From NCBI GenBank assembly GCA_964016885.1, contig OZ024742.1:372248001-372312000 (forward strand): DNA of 64,000 bases, in the 5' to 3' direction. Position 1 is the first letter of the stretch; each line of letters opens with the position of its first letter. Positions 34,101 through 44,698 of the stretch are shown in pieces. A program made the position numbers and the translations under genes. Under the pieces are notes generated by a model, which worked only from the letters and a program-made list of their open reading frames with translations, was not told the DNA's origin and did not search any database. The stretch comes from Eledone cirrhosa. Taxonomy: Eukaryota.

Positions 34101-34695
34101 AAATGTGGTTGGTGTTAGGAAGGGCATCCAACTGTAGAAACCTAGCCAGAAACAGTTCTGTGTGGGCAAGACCAAGTGACCTGACCCAACTTGCCTCAAA
34201 CAGGACAATCTGTCTAACCCATGCTAGCATGGAAAATGGACGTTAAACTATGATGATGAAGACAATGATGCAACTGACCATGGTCATAGGAACACTTTAG
34301 CTGCCTCATCCGTCTCAAGACACGAGAGCTTCTAAGTCTCAATGTTCTTACAAAAGATATATCCACAACTCTACTTCACTATTTTCTACAGAATTGATCA
34401 GAACTTTGCTTCATTGAACTTTTCCTCCTCTATGTTGAAGTGAAACAAACTTATCTTCAATAGGATTACTATTCTTCTCATTGTTTCTTTTTTTATCTTA
34501 AGAATATGGCTCAAAGTAACAAATTTTATCAGTTTTACTTTATTGATATGCTACTTTAATCAGAATAATATATTTTGACATATTTTAAATGAATCATTTT
34601 ATTCTGGAGAAAGAAAATAGCTGAAATTATTTTATAGTAATTTTGTATGGTATGTGAAGAATGGAAGGAGCATAAGTTGTTTTGAATCATCATTG

Positions 34696-34868
34696 TGGAT
34701 TGGCAGTATCGGTAGAGGGTCGGACGCATAGAGTTACGGCCCTTGCCATTCTGAGTTCAAATCCCACCGAGGTTAACTTTGCCTTTCATCCTTACGGGGT
34801 CAATAAAATAAAGTACCAGTAATGTACTGGGTAATTGCTGGCCTTGTGCCAATAGTAGAAACAATTAT
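34696..34868 (+). mobile_element. tRNA-related SINE with GCCTTTCATCC...AATAAAATAAAGTACCAG core (Meta/MESC-like), followed by a (CAT/CAC)n microsatellite to 34985
   Basis: B-box-like GAGTTCAAATCC; same family at 36269, 41830/42092, 55230 and 63012. The domain name is from recall, not from a search. Confidence 0.7.
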
Positions 34869-35480
34869 CATCACCATCATCATTATCACCATAATCACCA
34901 CCATTATCATTATCACCATCATCACCACCATCACCATCATCATCATCATCGCCACCACCACCATCACCACCACCACCATCACCATAAGCCTATTTTCCAT
35001 GGGTTAAAGGGGTTGTCATGTTGTGAAGCTAGACAGGTCAGATGACCATGTCTTGCCCATATGCTTTGTTTTTCTAAGGCTGGATCCCTTTCCTAACGGC
35101 AACTACTTTACAGAGTATGTTGGTCGGGGGGGGGGGGGGTCGTAACGGTGACATTAACACTTTACAAGAAGTACTGAGTATGTTTTTTCTGGAACCAACA
35201 CCAACATCAGCAATTTACAGGCTATATTATTTCATAGCCCCAACACTGAGATGTTACAGGATGTACTGGGTGCATTTTATTGTGGTACCTACACTAGGGA
35301 GGTTACCACATGCCTGACCCAACTGAAGGGTCCTCTCAAACTCTATTGTCTCTGATTACCAATACTGTAGTCTTACATTCACTTTTGAATACAATTAGGA
35401 TTTCAAAATTGTAAGAAATGTTGATTATTTTAAATATTTCAACTCTGTTACATTAGAAGTTACTAGAATATAATAAACTA

Positions 35481-35839
35481 CATAAGACACGCTTTCCCTT
35501 AAGTATGAAGTTAAACCTACAGTCAGTAGGCACCCTTAACCAAATATACACCACACTACCCCTACCTCATCTCCCACTTCCACCCACACCATCCTTTCTT
35601 ATGGTACCACAGAACACACAGCCCATGCTGTAAAGTGGTTGTGTAGGAGACACGGTAAAAAGGCTCCCAGTCCACACTGTAAATGTGGTTGGTGTTAGGA
35701 AGGGCATCCAGCCATAGAAAACTTGCCAGATACAGTCCTATACGAGTGAGACATGGTCACCTGACCAATCTTGCTGCAAGTGGGACAATCCCGCTAACCC
35801 ATGCTAGCGTGGAAGATAGATGTTAATCAATGATGATGA
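35481..35839 (+). mobile_element. RTE 3'UTR-only fragment with (TGA)n tail
   Basis: Homologous to 43815-44190; flanked by a 27-bp direct repeat at 35454-35480 and 35840-35866. Confidence 0.75.
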
Positions 35840-35880
35840 TAGAAGTTACTAGAATATAATAAACTATATTAGAAGTTACT

Positions 35881-36190
35881 GAGGCACTCTGTTGGTTACA
35901 ACGATGAGTGTTCCAGTTCAACGGAATAGCCTGCTCATGAAATGAACATGCATGTGGCTGAGCATTCCACAGACATGCATTCCCTTAATGTAGTTCTCAG
36001 GGAGATTCAGCGTGACACAGAATGTGGCAAGGCTGACCATTCGAACGACAGGTACAACTCATTTCTGTCAGCTGAGTGGACTGGAACAATGTGAAATAAA
36101 GTGTCTTGCTCAAGGACACAATGCGCTGCCAGGAATCGAACACACAACCTTATGATTGCAAGACCCTAACCACAAAGCCATGTGCCTTCA
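35881..36190 (-). mobile_element. tRNA-derived CORE-type SINE
   Basis: Minus strand has A-box-like TGGCTTTGTGG, B-box GTTCGATTCC and CORE-like GTGTCCTTGAGCAAGACACTTTATTTCAC; flanked by ATTAGAAG(T/A)TACT repeats. Confidence 0.75.
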
Positions 36191-36268
36191 CATTAGAAGA
36201 TACTAGAATACAAGATATTTAATCATCTTAAGAATATCACTTATTATTTTGACTGATGTTGAAGGGCA

Positions 36269-36490
36269 GTGGATTGGCAGTAGAATCGGTAGAGCATCAG
36301 ACAAAACGCTTTACAGCATATAGTTATGGCCCTTTACATTCTGAGTTCAAATCCTGTCATGGTTAAATTCACCTTTCATCTTTATGGGCCAATAAAATGG
36401 AGTACCAGTAACACACTGGCGTTGATTTAATCTACTTTCCCATTCCCTTGAAATTGCTGGCCTTGTGCCTAAATCAGAGATCATTATTTC
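36269..36490 (+). mobile_element. Meta/MESC-like SINE copy
   Basis: GGATTGGCAG head, GAGTTCAAATCC, CCTTTCATC...AATAAAATGGAGTACCAG core, TTGCTGGCCTTGTGCC tail. Confidence 0.7.
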
Positions 36491-36851
36491 AACTTCATTT
36501 CCATCATCTGTGAATCTGAACTAATGTTACCATCAACATTTAAATCTGATAGGTCAAACCAAGCCAGTACTTAATCAGAGCCACTAATCTCACACTCTAC
36601 TGAGTGAGCATTTCATCATGGCACCAGCACTAGGGAGGCTGTTGTATCTTTGACACAACTGAAGGATCCTTTCCACCCTTTCCTTAGCAAGTTTCTATCA
36701 TCAACCACTTTACAGAGTGTACTAGGTGCATTTTATTTTGTCACTAACATTAAAGAGGTCGTCTCCTTGACATTACATATAAGAAAAAAGAATTTAACCA
36801 ATAGAACATGGCCACTAATCAGTGTGATGTTAAGGAAATATATACATCATT

Positions 36852-37120
36852 AATGGGTCATCCTACCAGGGCCTTACTCTCGTTCAATAGAGAGGCTGCG
36901 CAAGCTGGAAGAGGCCAGGCAGCAGGCCATGCACCAGATGGCTGGATGTCATCAAGGGAGATCACCAGAGGCTCGACATCACTTTGGAGGATGCAGTGAG
37001 GCTGGCACGAGACTGCCAGTGCTGGAGGGAGCTGGTGGATCTGGTCACACGATAATACTTCTGGGATCACTGGCTTAGAATGATCCCGGCCTCGTCGAGC
37101 AAGAAGAATTCATGGGTCAT
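36852..37120 (+). mobile_element. Degenerate RTE-clade LINE C-terminal fragment (different family)
   Basis: Frameshifted WKRPGSRPCTRWLDVIKGD...LARDCQCWRELV matches the RTE C-terminal RPRGRPRxRWxD motif. Confidence 0.6.
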
Positions 37121-37198
37121 CACAGACCAAGTCAGTACTCAATCAGAGCCACTTCATTTCACATTGCTAAAGAGGAGTACCAGCAATAGGTGGGGGTC

Positions 37199-37663
37199 TA
37201 ACCCTGCAATGGACTGGTGTCATGTCCAGCAGGGAGTCATGTACTCTGTCATGTCACACCACAGAAACTGGGATAAGTATCGACCTAACGAGTCTCCTGG
37301 TTTAAGACAGACTTCAGTCTTGCAATAGACTGGTGTTTTGTCCAGGCGGGAGTCTTGTACTCTCAGTCACGTCATGTCACAAAACCAAGATAAGCAGTCA
37401 CGTAATGAGCCATCTGGTTTGAGACAGACTTTAACCCTGCGATGGACTGGTGTCCTGTCCAGGGGAGAGTCTTGTACTCTGTTGCTTCATGCCACAAAAC
37501 AGGGATAAACACTAGCCTAATGAGCCTCCTGGCTTTAAACAAACTTTAATCCTGCGAAGGACTAGCGTTGTATCCAGGGGAGAGTCATATACTCTCAATT
37601 GTTTCAGGCCACAAAACAGGGATAAGTATCAGCCTAACGATCCTTCTGGCTTGAGACAGACTT
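37199..37663 (+). repeat. Four tandem copies (about 116 bp) of a SINE-tail-like segment
   Basis: Units start near 37199, 37314, 37431 and 37545 with (T)AACCCTGCGATGGACTGG...GGGATAAG...AGACAGACTT; a CORE-like remnant lies upstream. Confidence 0.8.
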
Positions 37664-38005
37664 AGACAGGTAAATGTCTACAATATACCTACATAATACA
37701 TGGTTGTATTTGGTTTTTGTTTTGTAATTTTTAAATGTATTGTCACCTGGCCAACAACCTAAATTGTTGACAACTTGTAGAATACACTTAATTCATCTAA
37801 CGGAATAAATATAAAAATAAACAACCCAAATAAACTAATGAATGCAATTAGACTTAATTGTCACCTGGTTTAACACAACCACCTGGCCTTTGGGTACCTT
37901 TAGCAGATTCTACTTTGTTGTAAATATTCACAATAAATCTTCTAGTTTGAGGGTATCATGATCTTTCTTCTGTAAAATAGTCGTGGTTACTCCTCTGACT
38001 AATCA

Positions 38006-39102
38006 CATCATCATCATCATCACCGTTTTACGTCCGTTCTTCCACGCTAGCATGGGTTAGACGGGTTGTCCTGTTGTGGGCAGTGTCTGGTCGGCTGACC
38101 ATGCCTTGCTCATACAGGAACTGATCTGGCTTGATTTCTACAGCTGGATGCCCTTCCTAACACCAACCTCATTTACAGTGAGTGCTGGGTGCTTTTTCGT
38201 GGCGCCTACACGTCCACTTTACAGTGTGGGCTGGGTGCTTTTTTGCCGTGGCACCTCCACGACCACCTTGCGGTGGGGGGGGGGGGCATATTGTTTATAT
38301 GCTTCAGCATGTACCCATGGGAGGTCGGGTACCCTGTATTACTGCGTGACGCCAGAAGTCACGGTCGTGTGTCATTGACTTTGAGAGGTGTAGTTGGGTA
38401 AGGTCGGCTTTTATCACCTCATCCCAAGTCATCTTGGGTCTCCCCACTCCGCGGTTTCCATCAACTTCTAGTGCTCTGCACCTTTTTATGCAGCTGTCAT
38501 CCTTCATACGCATCACATGTCCATACCAGCGTAACCGCCTCTCCTGCACGCAGCATTTGATTCCTCTTATGCTCAGTCTCTCTCTCAATTCATTTATGCT
38601 TTGTCGTTCACGTATATTACTGTTACACATCCATCGGAGCATGCAGGCTTCGTTTCTCTCTAATCTACGTAAGTCTTCCACCTTCAGCGCCCAGGTCTCA
38701 CTACCATGCAACATCGCTGTTCGGATACACGCATCATACAGTCTGCCTTTCATTCTGAGGGAGAAGCCTTTTGCAGCTAGCAGTGGTAGTAGTTCCCTAA
38801 ACTTCTTCCATCCCGTTCTTACCCTAGTTATTGTACTTTCTGAGCACCCACCTCCGTTGCTAATTCGGTCACCTAGGTAGCAGAAGCTGTCTACTGTTTC
38901 TACAGGGCCCTCCCAGAGATTGGTGGTACTTGTTTCCTGTGGCTGTTTGCTTGCTGTTTCAGCACAGCTGCTGCATGTGAATCCTACATTCTTAATTAAG
39001 CTTCCTGAGATCCCGCTACATCTCTTGTGTACCCATTGTTTGCATTTGGGGCAAAGAATGGAGTTCCTACCTACACCTTTCCTACATACTGAGCAAGGCC
39101 AT
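38006..39102 (-). mobile_element. 5'-truncated RTE LINE (subfamily B): PHD finger, thumb, C-terminus and 3'UTR
   Basis: ORF 38304-39113 (WPCSVC...SFCYLG...HGSETW...RRLRWYGHV...GRPK.TW); (CAT)n tail at 38006; nearly identical to 51476-52572. Confidence 0.93.
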
Positions 39103-40224
39103 GGGTTAGACAAGTTGTCCTGTTGTGAGACAAGCCAGATCAGATGACCACATCTTACTCATACAGAACTGATTTCGGCTTGGTTTCTATGGCTGGATGC
39201 CCTTCCTAATGCCAACCACATTTACAGTGTGTTCTGGGTGCTTTTTATCATGACACCTACACAACCACTTCACAGTATGGGCTGGCCGCTTTTTGTCATG
39301 AGACCTACACGACCATTTTACAGTGAGTACTGGCCGCTTTTTGTCGTGTCTCCTACATGACCACTTTACAGTGTGGACTGGATGCTTTTTGTCGTGACAC
39401 CTACATGACCACTTTACAGTGTGGACTGGATGCTTTTTGTCGTGACACCTACATGACCACTTTACAGTGTGGACTGGATGCTTTTTGTCGTGACACCTAC
39501 ATGACCACTTTACAGTGTGGACTGGATGCTTTTTGTCGTGACACCTACATGACCACTTTACAGTGTGGACTGGATGCTTTTTGTCGTGACACCTACATGA
39601 CCACTTTACAGTGTGGACTGGATGCTTTTTGTCGTGACACCTACATGACCACTTTACAGTGTGGACTGGATGCTTTTTGTCGTGACACCTACATGACCAC
39701 TTTACAGTGTGGACTGGATGCTTTTTGTCGTGACACCTACATGACCACTTTACAGTGTGGACTGGATGCTTTTTGTCGTGACACCTACATGACCACTTTA
39801 CAGTGTGGACTGGATGCTTTTTGTCGTGACACCTACATGACCACTTTACAGTGTGGACTGGATGCTTTTTGTCGTGACACCTACATGACCACTTTACAGT
39901 GTGGACTGGATGCTTTTTGTCATGACACCTACATGACCACTTTACAGTGTGGACTGGATGCTTTTTGTCATGACACCTACATGACCACTTTACAGTGTGG
40001 ACTGGATGCTTTTTGTCATGACACCTACATGACCACTTTACAGTGTGGACTGGTGCTTTTTGTCGTGTCTCCTACATGACCACTTTACAGTGTGGACTGG
40101 GTGCTTTTTGTTGTGACACCTACATGACCACTTTACAGTGTGGACTGGGTGCTTTTTGTCGTGACACCTACATGACCACCTTACAGTGTGGACTGGGTGC
40201 TTTTTGTTGTGACACCTACACAAC
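39103..40224 (-). repeat. RTE 3' tail with a 48-bp minisatellite (about 20 copies)
   Basis: Unit CCACTTTACAGTGTGGACTGGATGCTTTTTGTCGTGACACCTACATGA; reverse-complement homolog of the 32762 array; core copies are identical. Confidence 0.92.
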
Positions 40225-40510
40225 AGTGTAGAGTGGTTGTGAAGGTGTCACAATAAAAGGCTCCCAGTACACACTGTAAATGTGGTTGGTGTTAGGAAGG
40301 GCATCAAGTCATAGAAACTAAACTAGAAACAATTCTGTATGAGCAAGATATGGTCATCTGACTTGGCTTGACTCACATCTGGATAACTCGTCTAACCAAT
40401 GCTAGCGTAGAAAAATGGACAATAAACTGTGATGATGATGATGTTTAAAACTAACCTATGCAAGCATGGAAAATAGATTTTAAACAGTGGTGGTGGTGAT
40501 GATGATGATT
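40225..40510 (+). mobile_element. RTE 3' tail fragment(s), head-to-head with the preceding array
   Basis: One 48-bp-like unit, GGTTGGTGTTAGGAAGGGCATC, stem-loop and (TGA)n; a second mini-tail at 40450-40510. Confidence 0.8.
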
Positions 40511-40542
40511 AATGTATTTTTCTTTGACTCTTCCTTACTAAG

Positions 40543-40788
40543 GTTCAGTACCAAGACCAGCTGGTTTGTCTATCATCTGTATCAACATGTGAAGAGACAG
40601 CAATTATAGAAGAGATTTCTACTGCTAATGAGATTATACTGTCATGTATCTACACTGATGGAACAACACTATTTACAACCAATACACAACAGAAAAAGGC
40701 TTGTCAAAATAATACAAACCCCTTCATTAACATATTTCTAAAGAAATACTCTCTATTTATCTTCTTCTTTGCTCACTTATTCCTGTGA
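40543..40788 (+). CDS. Candidate host exon (unknown protein)
   Basis: Pyrimidine tract plus AG at 40541-40542, then 81 open codons (VQYQDQLVCLSSVSTCEETAIIEE...) in non-repeat-looking sequence; possible donor CT|GTGAGG at 40785. No homology recognised. Confidence 0.28.
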   Translation, partial: VQYQDQLVCLSSVSTCEETAIIEEISTANEIILSCIYTDGTTLFTTNTQQKKACQNNTNPFINIFLKKYSLFIFFFAHLFL

Positions 40789-40789
40789 G

Positions 40790-41175
40790 GGTCATGGGGG
40801 GATGGGGCTGGGAAGACATGTAGGTGATGAACATGGAGCAGTAGAGAAGGATGGAAGTAATGGAAGGGAAAGGTATATGCTACATGTGTGAGAAGAGCCA
40901 ACATTTATGGAAATGAGACATGGGGGATGAATGTGGGGGGAGGCAGAGAAGGTTAGAAAGAACTGAAGTGAGAATGGTTCAGTGGGTGAGTGGAGTATCA
41001 TTGAGAGAGGGGGAGGAAGATAGGGATAGAACCAGTGCTGAATAGAATGATGGAAAGGAATGTGGAAGGAAGTAGAGGAAGGGGAAGACCAAGAAAGACA
41101 TGGCTAAAGATAATGGAGGAGGAAATGGAAGTCAGGAGATTAGTAAGGGATGTAGCCAATAGGGAAAATAGAGAA
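40790..41175 (+). mobile_element. Old RTE-like C-terminal fragment
   Basis: LNRMMERNVEGSRGRGRPRKTWLKIMEEEM motif. Confidence 0.55.
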
Positions 41176-41240
41176 GCTTGTCATGTCCCTTCCCCTTCTG
41201 CAAGGCTAGCCCCTGCTTTTAGCAGGGAAGAGGACTTTAA

Positions 41241-41790
41241 CCCTTTATCATTTACATTATGGAGGCACATGGCTTAGTGGTTAGAGCATTGGCCTTGCAA
41301 TCGAAAGGTTGTGAGTTCAATTCTCAGACCGGGTGATGTGTTGTTTCCTTGAGCAAGACACTTTATTTCACATTGCTCCAGTTTACTCAGCTGTAGAAAC
41401 GAGATGATAGGGACCCCAGTCCCTATCTTTCCACTGCAAAGTGGTCGTGGAGGTGCCACGGCAAAAAAGCACCCACCACTCACTGTAAATGAGGTTGGTG
41501 TTAGGAAGGGCATCCAGCCAGAATCAGTTCCCGTCCCACCCTTGCAAGCAGGGAAAAGCGGACGTAAAATGAAATGAAATGAAATGAAAATGAAATTATA
41601 CTATAATTACTATTGTATTTTCACAGTAAACGTTTTACCTCACATGATATCGAGTCTATGAGGAGTTTTTGGTATTATTTATTTTGAGAACAATACCTTA
41701 ATGTCAGTATGAGTGGCCAGTTATGGTCGGTTTGAACAGAAAGAGGTGAGAGAATTCTGGCTGGATTCAGCCGGTTTAAATACTAAAGGG
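41241..41790. mobile_element. Non-autonomous piggyBac-like MITE with a nested SINE
   Basis: TTAA flanks at 41237-41240 and 41791-41794; TIRs CCCTTTATCATTTA and TAAATACTAAAGGG. Confidence 0.7.
41261..41595 (+). mobile_element. tRNA-CORE SINE with an RTE-derived 3' tail
   Basis: A-box TGGCTTAGTGG, B-box GAGTTCAATTC, CORE-like CCTTGAGCAAGACACTTTATTTCAC, then RTE subfamily B 3'UTR sequence and a (TGAAA)n tail. Confidence 0.82.
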
Positions 41791-41889
41791 TTAAAACAGT
41801 TTTTGCTGTTGTTTTGGTGGTGGTATTAAACAATGCTTTGCAGTGTTGGTTCGGACTCTCTACTTTCTGAGTTCAAAACATGATATGTA

Positions 41890-42092
41890 ATATATAATGA
41901 AAATTATTGTATACAGTGCTCAGGTGCACTACAACTCATCAAAGGTGCATGTATAGTACATTGAATAATGTACAAAAGTCAGGAAAGTGAGGTGTATAAG
42001 TCATGATATACACACAGATACATGTGGATGTGTGTGTAGAGGGGGAATATCAGGTGTAGTGTTGGTGAATTTCGGGAAGCATGAAAGTTTTA
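41890..42092 (-). mobile_element. CR1-type 3'UTR fragment inserted into a Meta-like SINE (SINE halves about 41830-41880 and 42093-42145)
   Basis: Matches 49980-50165. The SINE reads TTCTGAGTTCAAA before the insert and GAGGTCAACTTTG...AATAAAATAAAGTAC after it. Confidence 0.7.
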
Positions 42093-42828
42093 ATGAGGTC
42101 AACTTTGGCTTTCTTCTTTCTGCAGCCAATAAAATAAAGTACTTGTGAGATAGAGAAGTAGATTTAAACAACTGTAGATCTGTGTCAAGATACAATGGGC
42201 TAGCATGGTACCATAAAACCTCAATCTCTGTCTAAATAAAGGGCTCCAATAACAAGTGAATTGACACACAAATGACAGACAGATGGTAGACCCTGTAACT
42301 TCAGCTTGTCATTGATTATTTTTTTCTAATTATCAACATATATTATTTTAATCTATCTATTTTCTATCTAGTAATAGAAGGGAGAAGAGGCTCCCTTCAG
42401 TCATGGCTGACTATGGGTTTGCACCTAAAAGGTTCTTTGAGGCACAAGCACAGTCAGGGTGTTTTTGTGGGAGACCAGCAGTCAACCATAGTACCTAATG
42501 ATTGCAAAGCTAACTTCTTAAACATTTGACCATGCTGTGTCTATAACACATCACAAGCAAATACTAAATCTAGATATTTGCTTGTGATATATCATCATCA
42601 TCATCATCATCATTTTTGCTAACATATAACTCCAGGTATGAACTAACATTTATGCACACACCACTCCATCAATAAAACATTTGTTATGTTGATAAGCTCT
42701 GTTGTTTTTACTCTGATACCAGTGCATACACTACCAATAACTTCAAGTAAATTCAATGGAGTCATAACATACAAAAAATAGAAGATATTCCAGTCGGACA
42801 TTGACTAGCTATCCTATATATATAAATA

Positions 42829-42834
<6 letters not shown>

Positions 42835-42897
<63 letters not shown>

Positions 42898-42946
42898 ATA
42901 TGATATCGTCCAAACCCATGCAAGCGTGGAATATGGACTTTAAACA

Positions 42947-42981
<35 letters not shown>

Positions 42982-42985
42982 ATAT
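42835..42985 (+). repeat. (TA)n microsatellite followed by an ultra-short RTE tail and (TGA)n
   Basis: Seen directly; tail CGTCCAAACCCATGCAAGCGTGGAATATGGAC. Confidence 0.85.
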
Positions 42986-43396
42986 ATATGAGTCCTGGAT
43001 TCAATTGGAGGTAACTACAGTTAGTCAGGTACTCAATACATTAGTAGAGTGTAAACATCAAGTTCAATATAAAAATGGCTTCTACAGGACTAGAACTGTT
43101 TCATTAAAAAGAAATCATCCTGATAATTTCTTTTCTTTATTAAACTATATATCTAACCCATGCTAGCATGGAAGATGGACGTTTAAACGAAGATGATGAT
43201 GATATCTATAATAAATTTAAGTTTAGTCGAGACATAAAAATATATACTAATTGTGTTTCTCAATAAATAGCTCAACTAACAAATAGTTCAGAGTCTACAA
43301 TTTTATAAGTTTAAACAATATATAAAAGTATTTATACCAATATCAATTGAGAAACTGCTAGTATTTTGTACATGTATATAGAAAACTTAATTTGTA

Positions 43397-44190
43397 AGAA
43401 CAGCAATGTTACATGGCAGTGAGACTTGGGCATTGTGTGCAGAGGATATACGCAGACTGGAGAGAAACGAAGCTTGCATGCTCCGTTGGATGTGTAATAG
43501 TAATATACATGAACGGCAAAGCATAAACGAACTAAGGGAGAAATTAGGAATAAGAGGAATCAGATGTTGTTTACTCGAGAGAAGACTACGTTGGTACGGT
43601 CACGTGATGCGCATGAAAGACGACAGCTGTATAAAAAAGTGCAGGGTGATAAAAATAGACGGTAGCCACGGAGTAGGCAGACCTAGAAAAACCTGGGACA
43701 ACTTGATAAATTCCGACTTCACACACTTACACCTCTCCAAGACAATGTCACTGGACCGAGATCTTTGGCGTTACACAGTAATACAGAAGACCCGCCTTGC
43801 CTATGTACAAAGCGAAACCTACAGTCAGTAGGCACCTCTAACAAAAATACACCCCCGTCCCACTACCCCCACCCCATCCACACCACCCCTTTCAATGTAA
43901 AGTTATGTTGGTACCACAACATCCAGTCCGAAACAAATGAGGCCGTGTAGGTGTCACGACAAAAAAACACAGTCCACGCTGTAATGTGGCCGTGTAGGTA
44001 ACACGGTAAAAACCTCCCAGTACACACTGTAAACGTGGTTGGTGTTAGGAAGGGCATCCAGCCGTAGAAAACCCGCCAGACAGTCCTGAGCAAGTCAACC
44101 AATCTTGCCTCAAGTGGGAAAATTCCCGTCCAAATCCATACAAGCGTGGAAGATGGACGTTAAACGATGATGATGATGATGATGATGATA
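43397..44190 (+). mobile_element. 5'-truncated RTE LINE (subfamily A)
   Basis: ORF 43406-43831 MLHGSETW...RRLRWYGHV...GRPRKTW; 3'UTR and (TGA)n tail. Confidence 0.92.
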
Positions 44191-44439
44191 TATTTACTTT
44201 AAGATAGTAAATTTAACATTTCTAATTTGTATATATATATATGTGTGTGTATGTAAAAGATAAACAGAAATAACAACACAATCGGTACAGTATATGGAAG
44301 GAATATATTAGGTTAACACTTGTGAAGGACTTAATGGTCCGAATCATTAAAACTCTCTTCCTGCTATTTCAAGCGGCAAACTAATGTATTTCTTCCATGT
44401 ACTGTGACTATCCGGGAGCTTCCAACAGAAATGGTCGCA

Positions 44440-44690
44440 TTCTTTAAGGGTATGTCAATATTTATTTATAAAACTGATCTATATTATATTTTATCTGATG
44501 AAAGCAAACCATAATTTAACTTGGTGTCCTTGAAATATGTATAATGAAATAAATATGGTTTTATAAATATAGTTTCCATTTGTTAATATATCGTAATTTT
44601 ACTCCAATAATTTGTTGAGTGCTTTATATCAGTTATAAAAATATTTGCTTGTTGTATCCCAACAATTTAAATAGAACTTCTACATATATA
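44440..44690 (+). mobile_element. Solo Penelope-like pLTR fragment
   Basis: Diverged homolog of 59680-59828 and of the reverse complement of 57395-57630; ends in (TA)n. Confidence 0.75.
44480..44558 (+). ncRNA. Type I hammerhead ribozyme (PLE type)
   Basis: CTGATGA at 44495; stem II AAGCAAACCA/TGGTGTCCTT; GAAA at 44532; near-palindromic stem III ATATGTAT; AUA cleavage triplet; stem I TATTTTAT/ATGAAATA. Confidence 0.7.
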
Positions 44691-44698
44691 TATATATA

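Noticed and set aside
32719-34137. 375-aa and 464-aa Cys/His-rich repeat proteins
   Set aside because: The 48-bp unit is a multiple of 3 and derives from a LINE 3'UTR; it is open on both strands by chance.
37500-37545. Hammerhead in the 116-bp units (CTAATGAGCC...GGCTT)
   Set aside because: No correctly placed GAAA in any unit; better explained as a SINE 3' stem-loop.
39357-40231. 240-aa MTTLQCGLDAFCRDTY repeat ORF
   Set aside because: Same minisatellite artefact.
41261-41335. tRNA gene
   Set aside because: tRNA-like A and B boxes continue directly into a SINE body and LINE tail; no proper acceptor stem or terminator.
41628-41700. Candidate exon after TATTTTCACAG
   Set aside because: Lies inside the TTAA-flanked MITE, with no convincing donor.
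44318-44350. Hammerhead-like CTTGTGA-AGGAC...GTCC-GAAT
   Set aside because: Both core boxes are mutated and stems I and III are unsupported.
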